Part shown: positions 8,731 to 17,473 of the stretch, piece after piece
Layout: each line of letters begins with the position of its first letter
Numbering within the stretch: the stretch's first letter is position 1
Virus record (IMG/VR): IMGVR_UViG_3300027744_000085
Span: 1-30,014 of that record
Strand: one strand, 5' to 3'
DNA length: 30,014 nucleotides
Origin: a virus
Lineage: Duplodnaviria; Caudoviricetes
Program-made: the position numbers and the translations under genes
Notes under the pieces: model-generated
The model's database searches: none
Told to the model about the DNA's origin: nothing
The model's input: only the letters and a program-made list of their open reading frames with translations

Positions 8731-9134
8731 AAGAAATAAATTTTTTAATAGGACAGATTGTAAAGTATCAGCTAGATACTGACTGCAGAAATAGAGCCTA
8801 TGTCTATAAGAGATACTATGTAATGTACAGGCTGAACAAATGTAAGGTATCACTTACTCAAATAGGTAAGATGCTGAATAGACATCATGCTACTGTTATA
8901 CATGGTATCAGAATGCATAGAAGATGGACCAGGATGCAGGATAAAGTATATCTGCATGAGATAGAGCCATTAGTTCAATCTGCTCTTAATAATGATTATG
9001 AGGATAAGTACAAAGTTTCGGCAATAGAGAACTTTAATTACATCAATGTAAGGATTCAGATGCCTTGGGAGTATGATAAGATACAACAATTTAAAGAATA
9101 TATGACAGCTAAAGAACTAGCTGAAATAATTTAA
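8727..9134 (+). CDS. DnaA C-terminal-like HTH DNA-binding protein
   Basis: SLTQIGKMLNRHHATVIHG resembles the DnaA domain IV signature. Confidence 0.7.
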   Translation: MKEINFLIGQIVKYQLDTDCRNRAYVYKRYYVMYRLNKCKVSLTQIGKMLNRHHATVIHGIRMHRRWTRMQDKVYLHEIEPLVQSALNNDYEDKYKVSAIENFNYINVRIQMPWEYDKIQQFKEYMTAKELAEII

Positions 9135-9154
9135 AGCTCTTAGGAGCTTTTTTT
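9133..9154 (+). terminator. Intrinsic terminator
   Basis: AAAGCTC-TTAG-GAGCTTT plus T run. Confidence 0.8.
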
Positions 9155-9404
9155 GTGCTGTATAATTTCCTTACTGATATTGACTTGTAGAGAATTAGAA
9201 CAAAAGTACAATTCACATCCCTATACTCTATAATATATATATTTTTATTTACAATATATTTTTAATAAAAAAAAAATTTATTTTCATATTGGGGGGTGAA
9301 CAGTTTTTACAAAAAAAAAGTGTTTTTTCGTTCTAATCTTCTACAGCCTAATAACAATAGGAGTTAAGACAGCACAAATAATAGCACAAAACAGCACAAA
9401 TAAT
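9152..9404. other. Putative replication origin: ~54-bp imperfect inverted arms around an AT-rich core, AGCACAAA repeats
   Basis: 9152-9205 vs 9325-9378 inverted; AGCACAAA three times at 9371-9400 and inverted at 9152; upstream of primase-helicase. Confidence 0.6.
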
Positions 9405-9443
9405 TTATTTTTGCACTTTAGTATCAATTATAAATTAATTTAT

Positions 9444-9451
9444 TACATTTG
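9444..9451 (+). promoter_or_regulatory. Bacteroidota -7 element TACATTTG for the primase operon
   Basis: TAnnTTTG match in intergenic position; -33 element weak. Confidence 0.6.
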
Positions 9452-9468
9452 CAAACAACATAATCGCC

Positions 9469-9558
9469 ATGATAAAAAACATTAGAGAGTATAAATCCCT
9501 GCAATTCCTCCTGGCGGTTGTGTTAAGCAGGGACTCTCAACTTTATTTATACTTATGA
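9469..9558 (+). CDS. Putative leader peptide (29 aa) coupled to primase-helicase
   Basis: MIKNIREYKSLQFLLAVVLSRDSQLYLYL; its stop overlaps the primase ATG (ATGA 9555-9558). Confidence 0.45.
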   Translation: MIKNIREYKSLQFLLAVVLSRDSQLYLYL

Positions 9559-11915
9559 AAGTAACTTTTTACAAATCAATTAAGGATGTATCACCTTATC
9601 AGAATAAGGATGTAGGATTCTATCTAGATAGGATTAAGAATGGCAAGTCTGAGCAGTTATGTAAGGACCTAAGATTCTCTACTGATAAAGAGGAAAGGAA
9701 AGCCATTAAGATGCAACTGCCTGTTGTTACCTTTGGAGGTGATTTCAGTAAGAGGAATAATGCATCTCTAAGAAAGGCATCAGGATTACTGACTTTAGAC
9801 TTTGATGAGGTGCAGGATCTACCTGCTCTGATTGTAGAACTGAAAGCTCACAAATCTATCTTCTCCTGCTGGACCTCACCATCAGGTAATGGAGTGAAAG
9901 CTCTAGTCAAAATACCAATAGTACAGGATGACAAAGAATACAAAGAGTATTTTAAGCAAATATCTGCAGTATTCAATGGAGTAGATGAATCAGGTAAGGA
10001 TATTGCTAGAGCTTGCTTTGAGTCTTATGATCCTGATATCTATGTTAATTTAGATGCTGAGAATTATATCATTGACTATGATGTTATCCCATTTGAGACT
10101 AGTGAGGTAGGTAGTATTACTAACATTAAGGTATTAGATACTGATGAGATAGCTAATAAGCTGATGGCTTGGTTCAAAAAGAAGTATAATTCACAAAATA
10201 GAAACTCCTCACTTTACAAATTAGCAGCAGCATTCAATGACTTTGGAGTGGATAAAAATACCTGTCAAGATTATCTAAAAGGATTTGAGCAGAAAGATTT
10301 TGGATCTGTAGAGATACTAGCTTTGATAAATTCTGCCTATAAAAAAACTGCTAACTTTAATACTAAGCAATTTGAGGATAAGGAGAAAAAAGATAAGCTC
10401 ATTAACTTTGTGTTGAGTGGTAAGTCTGATGCTGTTATCCTAGAGGAATTTAAAGAGTACAATAAAGAGAATATTGAGTCAGAGATTCAGACTATTAAGG
10501 AGGTAATAAAAGTTGATGAGTTTTGGAAATATGATTTCAAGGGTGATGTATTAATTATACCATACCGATTCAAACTATTCTTAGAGAATCTACAGTACTA
10601 TAAGTACTATCCTGTAGCTAACACTAAGACCTTTGTCTTTATAACTAAGAATGAGAACTTTATTAATCATGTCTCTGAATTTCAGATAAAGGATAGAGTG
10701 ATGGAGTACCTGGTGCAATCAAATCGCATACCTGTATTTGATGCTGTAGCTGAGAAGTCTAAACTATTCACTCCTCAATATCTTAGCATGATAGATACTG
10801 CTAATGTAGAGATGGAAAGGGATGGTATAGACTACGGTATGATTTACTATAAAAATGCAGCTGTAAAAGTATTTGCTAAGCACCATGAGATATATGAATA
10901 CTCAGAGCTTAAAGGATATGTATGGGGTAATCAGATAATAGAAAGAGATTTAATAGATGCTGATCACCATGAGTCAATGTTCAGGAGTTTTATTTGGTTT
11001 ATCTCAGGGCAGGAGGTAGAGAGATATGATACTATGAAGAGCGTGATAGGCTATATGCTACATTCTTATAAGACATCTGCTAATAACAAAGCAATTATTC
11101 TAAATGATGAAACTATCTCAGATAATCCTAATGGAGGTAGTGGCAAAGGGATTCTGATTAATGCTATAGGATACATGAAGAAAGTTAGCACCATTGATGG
11201 TAAGACCTTTGACTCAAATAAATCATTTCCCTATCAGACTGTATCTTCTGATTGTCAGGTGCTGGCATTTGATGATGTAAGAAAGAACTTTAATTTTGAG
11301 AGCTTATTTAGTATAATCACTGAGGGCTTAACTATTGAATACAAAGGTAGAGATGCAATTAAACTACCTGTAAAAGACTCACCTAAAGTACTTATCTCTA
11401 CTAACTACACTATCAAAGCAGATGGCGGCTCTTTTAAGAGGAGGATGTTTGAGGTGGAGCTGAGTAGTTACTTTGGCACACATCATACTCCATTTGATGA
11501 ATTTGGCTCTATGCTGTTTGAGGATTGGGATGAGCAGGAATGGGCAAGGTTTGACCATTACATGATTAACTGCTTGAATTATTACCTAGAGAATGGCTTA
11601 GTAGAATCTGAGGCTAAGAATCTAGAGCTGAGAAAGTTTATCAATGAGACAAGTCAAGACTTTATTGAATGGGTAGATAATAAGAATCTAGGATTTGACC
11701 AAAGATTGAATAAGGTATCAATGTTTGAGAACTTTATAGCAGAATACACTGATCAAAAGAAGTACCTCACTAATAGAACATTCAACAAATGGTGTAAGAA
11801 GTATGCAGAATATAATGGTAAGGAGTATGTAGATGGATCAAGCAATGGTGCTAGATGGTTTGAGATTAAGTCACAAAGAGATCCTGATGTATGGGATACA
11901 ATAAATTATAATTAA
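9555..11915 (+). CDS. Primase-helicase (BT4734/VirE_N-like primase, PriCT-like domain, SF3-type helicase)
   Basis: SGLLTLDFD, SPSGNGVKALV and RACFESYDP; RNSSLYKLA; Walker A GGSGKG, Walker B LAFDD, ISTNY. Confidence 0.85.
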   Translation: MKVTFYKSIKDVSPYQNKDVGFYLDRIKNGKSEQLCKDLRFSTDKEERKAIKMQLPVVTFGGDFSKRNNASLRKASGLLTLDFDEVQDLPALIVELKAHKSIFSCWTSPSGNGVKALVKIPIVQDDKEYKEYFKQISAVFNGVDESGKDIARACFESYDPDIYVNLDAENYIIDYDVIPFETSEVGSITNIKVLDTDEIANKLMAWFKKKYNSQNRNSSLYKLAAAFNDFGVDKNTCQDYLKGFEQKDFGSVEILALINSAYKKTANFNTKQFEDKEKKDKLINFVLSGKSDAVILEEFKEYNKENIESEIQTIKEVIKVDEFWKYDFKGDVLIIPYRFKLFLENLQYYKYYPVANTKTFVFITKNENFINHVSEFQIKDRVMEYLVQSNRIPVFDAVAEKSKLFTPQYLSMIDTANVEMERDGIDYGMIYYKNAAVKVFAKHHEIYEYSELKGYVWGNQIIERDLIDADHHESMFRSFIWFISGQEVERYDTMKSVIGYMLHSYKTSANNKAIILNDETISDNPNGGSGKGILINAIGYMKKVSTIDGKTFDSNKSFPYQTVSSDCQVLAFDDVRKNFNFESLFSIITEGLTIEYKGRDAIKLPVKDSPKVLISTNYTIKADGGSFKRRMFEVELSSYFGTHHTPFDEFGSMLFEDWDEQEWARFDHYMINCLNYYLENGLVESEAKNLELRKFINETSQDFIEWVDNKNLGFDQRLNKVSMFENFIAEYTDQKKYLTNRTFNKWCKKYAEYNGKEYVDGSSNGARWFEIKSQRDPDVWDTINYN

Positions 11916-11916
11916 C

Positions 11917-12381
11917 ATGAACAAAGAAAACAAAACACTACTCAAAGCCTTAGAGATTAACTACCTCACACTTAAGCACCCCACCATGCCATACATTACA
12001 GCATCAGATTGGAATGATAACTCTGCCAATGCTCTGACTAAATGTATCATTCACTTTCTAACCTATTCAGGCTTTCAAGCTGAGAGAATTAATACAATGG
12101 GAGTGTATAGAGAGGGTAAGAAGATACAGGTAGGAGAGAATACTAGACAGCTGAAAGGTACTTATACTCCTAGCACTGGCACTAAAGGATCTGCTGATAT
12201 ATCTGCCACCATTAGAGGTAGGTCAGTGAAGATTGAGGTGAAATATGGTAAGGATAGGCAGTCAGAAGTGCAAAAGAGGTATCAGGAATCAGTAGAAGCT
12301 GCAGGGGGTACATACTTTATTGCTAGAACTTTTGATGAATTTATGATTTTTTATTTAAAATTCCTTGCAGATATGAATTAA
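11917..12381 (+). CDS. PD-(D/E)XK / VRR-NUC-like nuclease (possible resolvase)
   Basis: KGSADI...IEVK.GKDRQSEVQ..YQ...EAAGG.Y. Confidence 0.75.
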   Translation: MNKENKTLLKALEINYLTLKHPTMPYITASDWNDNSANALTKCIIHFLTYSGFQAERINTMGVYREGKKIQVGENTRQLKGTYTPSTGTKGSADISATIRGRSVKIEVKYGKDRQSEVQKRYQESVEAAGGTYFIARTFDEFMIFYLKFLADMN

Positions 12382-12394
12382 TTGATTACCTTTG
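12365..12394 (+). promoter_or_regulatory. Bacteroidota-type promoter (TTG-N19-TACCTTTG)
   Basis: Same architecture as the 6676-6705 promoter. Confidence 0.7.
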
Positions 12395-12416
12395 TTGAAA
12401 TAATAAATATATACAC

Positions 12417-12956
12417 ATGGAAACAAAAACAAAAGCTGTAGTACCAGCACCTGTACTAACACTGCACCAAAAGCTCCACAAAGCTAAGCAGTCAATCGGC
12501 AAAGTAGCTAAGAATGCTACCAATCCACATTTTAAAAAGTCATACTCTGACATTAATGCAATCACTGAGGCAGTAGAGCCTATCTTATTAGAGAATGGTC
12601 TACTATTATTACAGCCTATTCAAGGTAATAGTGTATGCACTCAGATAATCTGTATAGATTCTAATGAGTCTATAGAGTCATGTATGGAATTACCTGCAGG
12701 ATTGAATCCTCAGCAAGTAGGATCTGCAGTCACTTACTATCGCAGATATACTCTGAGCAGTATCTTATGCCTGCAGTCAGTAGATGATGATGCTAATCTA
12801 GCTAGTGTACCTGTTAAGGCAGCTAAGCCTGGTCTATCTAAAGAAAGATTTGAGGAGGCATTAGTATCTATTCAAGATGGTAAGTTTACTATCCCTAAGC
12901 TAAGAGAGACCTTTGAGCTTACAGATTTACAACTTAAAGCAATCATGCTTTTATAA
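12417..12956 (+). CDS. erf: ERF-family single-strand annealing protein
   Basis: KNATNPHFKKSY and Q.VGSAVTYYRRY.L..IL....DDDA. Confidence 0.9.
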   Translation: METKTKAVVPAPVLTLHQKLHKAKQSIGKVAKNATNPHFKKSYSDINAITEAVEPILLENGLLLLQPIQGNSVCTQIICIDSNESIESCMELPAGLNPQQVGSAVTYYRRYTLSSILCLQSVDDDANLASVPVKAAKPGLSKERFEEALVSIQDGKFTIPKLRETFELTDLQLKAIMLL

Positions 12957-12982
12957 TTAGTAATCAATAAATAAATAAATAT

Positions 12983-13783
12983 ATGTTTAACATGACTACA
13001 GCACCAATGGCGAATAATAGTACCCAAGTGCAAAACAACAAAGAGGTAAACAAGGTTTACCAAACAAGTAACCTATCAATCTTTAAAAATATTGATGGTA
13101 ACAGAGTTCCAAATTTACAACACATTAAACGATTGACTAATTCAATTCGTGTTAATGGAATGAAATGCAATCCTATTTTAGTAAATGAAAGCATGGAAGT
13201 AATTGATGGACAGCATAGATTAATGGCTGCTAAAGAAGCTGAATCATTTGTTTATTACATAATTGTAAAAGGTTATACACTTACAGAAGTGCATACTTTA
13301 AATCTTAATCAAAAGAATTGGGGTAAAAAAGATTTTGTAGATGGATATGCAGGTATGGGAGTAAAATCTTATATTAAGTTAAACAAGTTTGCAGAAAAAA
13401 ATAAAGATTTTAGTCTTTCTGTTTGTATAGCTTTTTGTAATAATACAACTGATTCTACACATAATAGAAAAGGTGAAAATAAAGAATGCATTGAAGATGG
13501 AACATGGATAGGTAGAGATTTTGATTTAGCACAGGAATGGGCTGATAAAATAAAACTTATAAAACCACTTTTTGAACATTATGATTCTAATGCTTTTATT
13601 GGAACAATGATAACTTTATTTAAAAATCCTGATTTTAAATTTAAAGAGTTTTTAAACAAATTAAAAATACAACCATTATTATTAAAAAATCATAGAACTC
13701 GTGAAGAGTTTAAAAATCAAATTCATAAAATATATAATTATAGAAGATCAGAAAATGATAAAGTTAATCTTAGAGGATTATGA
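12983..13783 (+). CDS. ParB/Srx-like N-terminal domain protein
   Basis: GNR..N..HIKRL..SI, PILVNE..EVIDGQHRL.A; AT-richer than flanking genes. Confidence 0.7.
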   Translation: MFNMTTAPMANNSTQVQNNKEVNKVYQTSNLSIFKNIDGNRVPNLQHIKRLTNSIRVNGMKCNPILVNESMEVIDGQHRLMAAKEAESFVYYIIVKGYTLTEVHTLNLNQKNWGKKDFVDGYAGMGVKSYIKLNKFAEKNKDFSLSVCIAFCNNTTDSTHNRKGENKECIEDGTWIGRDFDLAQEWADKIKLIKPLFEHYDSNAFIGTMITLFKNPDFKFKEFLNKLKIQPLLLKNHRTREEFKNQIHKIYNYRRSENDKVNLRGL

Positions 13784-14400
13784 AATGGCATCCATCTTCA
13801 CTCGGAAAACTAATGACAGCATCTCGGACTAAGTCTGAGGTGCTATCTGAAACTACTAAGAGCTATATCAGAGGTGTAGCTAAGCAGGATTTCTATGGTT
13901 ATAATGTAGAACTCAATAATAAGTACATTAATAAGGGCAATCTGCAGGAGAATGATTCTATTGCTCTACTTAATACTGTATCATTTACTAGCATGGTAAA
14001 GAACACTGAGAGGGTGAATAACGAATGGCTCACAGGAGAGGCTGATATAGTACTAGATGATCAAATTATAGATATAAAGACCTCATGGTCATTAGAGACT
14101 TTCCCTGCTACTCCTGAAGAGGGTATAGAGAAACTCTATGAGTGGCAGCTTCGTGCATACATGATGTTATATGATAAGAACTATGCTACTCTATGCTATT
14201 GCATGGTCTCTACTCATCCATCACTACTGAATGAATGGGAGAACTTATCACTGCATCAGGTAGATCATATAGCTCCTGAGAAGAGAATCACTACTCTACT
14301 CTTCACTAGAGACCTGGAGCTTGAGGAGGAGATTAAGGTACGGTTGCATTACTGCACTGAGTACTATGTTAAGTATATTAATCAATTAAATAATAAATAA
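13780..14400 (+). CDS. YqaJ/lambda-exonuclease-like recombination nuclease
   Basis: HPSSLGKLM, KG...E, GEAD, IDIKTSW, YEWQL.AYM. Confidence 0.85.
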   Translation: MKWHPSSLGKLMTASRTKSEVLSETTKSYIRGVAKQDFYGYNVELNNKYINKGNLQENDSIALLNTVSFTSMVKNTERVNNEWLTGEADIVLDDQIIDIKTSWSLETFPATPEEGIEKLYEWQLRAYMMLYDKNYATLCYCMVSTHPSLLNEWENLSLHQVDHIAPEKRITTLLFTRDLELEEEIKVRLHYCTEYYVKYINQLNNK

Positions 14401-14401
14401 C

Positions 14402-14941
14402 ATGAGGACAATAAAAACAAAATTAACTGAAATAGCAGATTATTGGATACAAAATAACAATATAGATGATAATTATTTAAATTTTAATTGGCATCAATGC
14501 CTTACACATTGTTGGAATTGTGGAGATAATAAAGAAAATAAAAGATTAAAAACAATAAGATTAGAAAGATGTCATATTATACCTCATTCTTTAAAAGGAT
14601 TAGATACTCCAAGTAACTATGTTTTGTTGTGTAAAACTTGTCATGCAGATGCACCAAACACTTTAAATAAATATGATATGTGGGATTGGATTAAATCAAA
14701 TAGAACATTTTTTGGGATGACAAATACTTATCGTTTTGATCAAGCATGTAAAGAATTAAAAAGAATTAAAGGAATTGATTTTATTGAAGAGATTAAAACC
14801 CTTAAAAATTATAATTTTATTTTTGAAGACATATTAAAAGTTGAAGAAAAAAAAGTATCAAAACACTTTGGATGGACAATTAATGTTTCTACCTATGCTT
14901 TATTATTAAATCAATGTTTAACACAAATGAAACAACAATAA
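14402..14941 (+). CDS. HNH endonuclease
   Basis: CWNC...ERCHIIP.SLKG.D..SNYVLLCKTCH; flanked by 11-bp direct repeat. Confidence 0.85.
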   Translation: MRTIKTKLTEIADYWIQNNNIDDNYLNFNWHQCLTHCWNCGDNKENKRLKTIRLERCHIIPHSLKGLDTPSNYVLLCKTCHADAPNTLNKYDMWDWIKSNRTFFGMTNTYRFDQACKELKRIKGIDFIEEIKTLKNYNFIFEDILKVEEKKVSKHFGWTINVSTYALLLNQCLTQMKQQ

Positions 14942-14942
14942 C

Positions 14943-15119
14943 ATGAGAGATAAATTCTATGAGGCTGCCATGATAGCAGCTATGCAAGCACTAATTCAAA
15001 ACAATCCTGGTATCAGCTGTAAATTTGCTGCTAAGAAAGCTCAGGAGTATGCAGAACAGTTAGCACTACTGCAGTATGGTGAGTACAATCCTAATCCATT
15101 CCCTACTAAAGTAGTATGA
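14943..15119 (+). CDS. Hypothetical protein (58 aa, not in ORF track)
   Basis: MRDKFYEAAMIAAMQALIQNNPG...AKKAQEYAEQL. Confidence 0.65.
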   Translation: MRDKFYEAAMIAAMQALIQNNPGISCKFAAKKAQEYAEQLALLQYGEYNPNPFPTKVV

Positions 15120-15208
15120 CCGAGAAAACAATGGCAATAATCCTAATGCTGATAATTTATGGATTGATAATACTAGGTATGTATAATTTAATAACAACTA
15201 TAATATGA
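15116..15208 (+). CDS. Small single-TM peptide (30 aa, not in ORF track)
   Basis: MTEKTMAIILMLIIYGLIILGMYNLITTII; ATGA overlaps on both sides. Confidence 0.5.
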   Translation: MTEKTMAIILMLIIYGLIILGMYNLITTII

Positions 15209-15534
15209 ATGAGTACAAAGTAAAAGGACTTATCAAAGTGATAGGTGAGACAGTACAAGTTACTGAGAAGTTCTCTAAGAGAGAGCTAGTAATAACAGTA
15301 GAGGATGGTAAATATCCCCAATACATCACCCTACAGGCTAATGGAGATAAAACAGCTCTACTAGATGGCTGTAGAGTAGGTGAAGAGGTGGAGGCATCAT
15401 TCAATCTGAGAGGTAGAGAATGGCAGGATAAGCATTTCAACTCATTAGAGTTATGGAAAATAGAAGTATTGACTGCAGCTGCAGTAGCTCCTGCTCATGT
15501 ACCTGATAATCCTGGAGATGATCTCCCTTTCTAA
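15205..15534 (+). CDS. ssb: DUF3127-family single-stranded DNA-binding protein
   Basis: F.KRELVI...YPQ.I, FNLRGREW...FNSL..WKI, acidic DDLPF tail. Confidence 0.85.
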   Translation: MNEYKVKGLIKVIGETVQVTEKFSKRELVITVEDGKYPQYITLQANGDKTALLDGCRVGEEVEASFNLRGREWQDKHFNSLELWKIEVLTAAAVAPAHVPDNPGDDLPF

Positions 15535-15718
15535 GGGGCAGAGCCTAAAGGACTTTATGATTAAAGAGACTAAGTCTAAGCTCACCAATAGATACAAGCT
15601 CAGTCATTATGCTGAGGATATCGGAGTCTCTTACTGCTCCATTTGGAGATTCACCAATGGTAAGGCTGTCAATGAGCAGTTCTACCTCAAATGGTGGAAA
15701 AATTATCTAAATAATTAA
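15497..15718 (+). CDS. Small HTH (Cro/XRE-like) DNA-binding protein
   Basis: LSHYAEDIGVSYCSIWRFTNGK; true start may be downstream. Confidence 0.6.
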   Translation: MYLIILEMISLSKGQSLKDFMIKETKSKLTNRYKLSHYAEDIGVSYCSIWRFTNGKAVNEQFYLKWWKNYLNN

Positions 15719-15727
15719 TAACTTTAT

Positions 15728-15758
15728 GGCAGTCTTATGGCTGCCTTTGTTATTTTTG
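15728..15758 (+). terminator. Hairpin/terminator overlapping a TATTTTTG -7 element
   Basis: GGCAGTC-TTAT-GGCTGCC followed by T-rich tail. Confidence 0.55.
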
Positions 15759-15762
15759 GCAA

Positions 15763-16014
15763 ATGAACATACTAACCTACATCGCAATATCATGGTTTAT
15801 AGTAAACTTTGAGCCATTACAACTACTGATTGACTCAATCTTTAGAAAAATTAGGTTTAGCAATCTAGCAATATATCTACATTCATCTGCTAGCTGTATT
15901 AAATGCATATCTTTTTGGCTAACATTAATTTGCACCTGGTCATTCATTGAAGCAACTATTGTAGCCTTACTATCGTTTATACTACAGGAATGTTTACAGA
16001 AGCTGAGCAAGTAA
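15763..16014 (+). CDS. Small membrane protein with CxxC..FW motif (DUF1360-like)
   Basis: SCIKCISFW plus hydrophobic segments. Confidence 0.6.
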   Translation: MNILTYIAISWFIVNFEPLQLLIDSIFRKIRFSNLAIYLHSSASCIKCISFWLTLICTWSFIEATIVALLSFILQECLQKLSK

Positions 16015-16193
16015 TAATACAACAGGTATTCAATCTACCTGAGAAAGAACAGTCTTATAAGATTCATTTATTAAAACTCAAGCCTATTAAGGTAAGAGTA
16101 ACAGGTACTCCTGATAAGGAATGTTTTTGTAGTGGTGTAAGAAGAAAGATATGGTATAAGGACTTTATCCAATGGTATGAGACCTATACTTGA
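15990..16193 (+). CDS. Hypothetical protein
   Basis: 67 aa, CFC motif, overlaps neighbours. Confidence 0.6.
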   Translation: MFTEAEQVIIQQVFNLPEKEQSYKIHLLKLKPIKVRVTGTPDKECFCSGVRRKIWYKDFIQWYETYT

Positions 16194-16704
16194 TAACTAC
16201 ATATCAGCTCACTACAAAGAGATAAGGAAATATACTAACTATTTTCTAGTAAGAATGAAGTCTACAATATCTGCAGATGCTGTAATAAATAACTCTTTTC
16301 TATATTTATGTAATATAGATATAGAGGTAACTGATCCTGGTAAGGTGAAAGCATATCTATTAAATACTATTAAGATGCAGATCCTATGGAGTACATCACT
16401 AACTAATAGGCAAGAGAGAGTGACAGCTACAGATAGTACTATGCCTATAGTGATGGATGATGATACGGATTTATACGATAAGATTAGAGAAGATATGCAG
16501 TATCAGAATAACATGGCAGTGATAGAGACTTATAGAGGGAGGATAACAGATAGGATTAAGCTGATAGTGTTTCAATGTTATTTTGATAAAGGATACAGTA
16601 CAGCTAGAGCAATGGCAGAATATTTCAGAATACCTGTTACATCTGCTCACTATTGGATACAAGAGATTAAAAATGATTTAAAACAACTAAGAGATGAAAA
16701 TTAA
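16177..16704 (+). CDS. ECF/sigma-70-like RNA polymerase sigma factor
   Basis: 175 aa; region-2-like Y.EIRKY...ADAVINNSFLYL...KAYL; region-4-like IVFQCYFDKGYSTARAMAEYFRIPVTSAHYWI. Confidence 0.7.
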   Translation: MRPILDNYISAHYKEIRKYTNYFLVRMKSTISADAVINNSFLYLCNIDIEVTDPGKVKAYLLNTIKMQILWSTSLTNRQERVTATDSTMPIVMDDDTDLYDKIREDMQYQNNMAVIETYRGRITDRIKLIVFQCYFDKGYSTARAMAEYFRIPVTSAHYWIQEIKNDLKQLRDEN

Positions 16705-16930
16705 AAATGAATTTATTGGAGTAAAAGTATCTCACAAAGGAAATAATGTAAATGTCTCAACTGAGAATTATACTTTTTGTGAGTCTATAGGTCTAGGCTA
16801 TATGTTTGAAGAGCCTACGGTATCTGAGCCTAAAGTTATTAAGTATAAAGCAGTCAAAGGACCTATTCCTGCTCCTGTAGTAGATGAGCCTACTGTAGAA
16901 TCTGAGGAGGATGTCACAGAAGCAGAGTAG
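16694..16930 (+). CDS. Hypothetical protein
   Basis: MKIK.EFIG...GLGYMFE, acidic tail. Confidence 0.6.
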   Translation: MKIKNEFIGVKVSHKGNNVNVSTENYTFCESIGLGYMFEEPTVSEPKVIKYKAVKGPIPAPVVDEPTVESEEDVTEAE

Positions 16931-17045
16931 CATATCATTCTGCAGAAAGCCTAAGTTAAAGAGACCAGGTGTTCATGCTAAGAGTAAGACCTCTAAGCTG
17001 AAATCAAGTAAGAATTATACTAAGCAATACAATAGACAAGGATAA
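16911..17045 (+). CDS. Small highly basic peptide (44 aa, not in ORF track)
   Basis: MSQKQSSISFCRKPKLKRPGVHAKSKTSKLKSSKNYTKQYNRQG; stop overlaps terminase small subunit ATG. Confidence 0.65.
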   Translation: MSQKQSSISFCRKPKLKRPGVHAKSKTSKLKSSKNYTKQYNRQG

Positions 17046-17473
17046 TGGCAGGTAGACCGAGAACACTAGAATCCCCTGAGCAAATGATGGAGCTTTGGGC
17101 TATATATAAAAAGAAAGTTAAAGACAATCCTAGACATTCTTACAGCTTATCTAATAAGACAGGAGAGATAGTAGCTATACCTTTAGAAGTACCTTTGACA
17201 TTAGATGGATTTGAGGTATGGGCATTTAAAGAGTATGGTGATATCCATAACTATTTTGATAACTCAGGAGATAGATATTCAGAATATAAGGTTGTCTGTA
17301 CGCATATAAGGAGAGAGATTCGCCAGGACCAAATTAATGGTGGCATGGTTGGTCAATACAATCCATCCATCACTCAGAGACTAAACAACCTAACCGAGAA
17401 ATCAGACATCACTACCAATGGTAAGGACATCTCTGAGATTAAGGTGAACATCATTACTAGTGCAAAGGATTGA
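17045..17473 (+). CDS. terS: Terminase small subunit (P22 gp3-like DNA-packaging protein)
   Basis: MAGRPR..ESPE, PLTLDGF, I...IRQDQI.GG..GQYN.SITQRL. Confidence 0.85.
   Translation: MAGRPRTLESPEQMMELWAIYKKKVKDNPRHSYSLSNKTGEIVAIPLEVPLTLDGFEVWAFKEYGDIHNYFDNSGDRYSEYKVVCTHIRREIRQDQINGGMVGQYNPSITQRLNNLTEKSDITTNGKDISEIKVNIITSAKD

Noticed and set aside
9369-9404. CRISPR mini-array
   Set aside because: Repeats only 8-10 bp with no spacers and no cas genes
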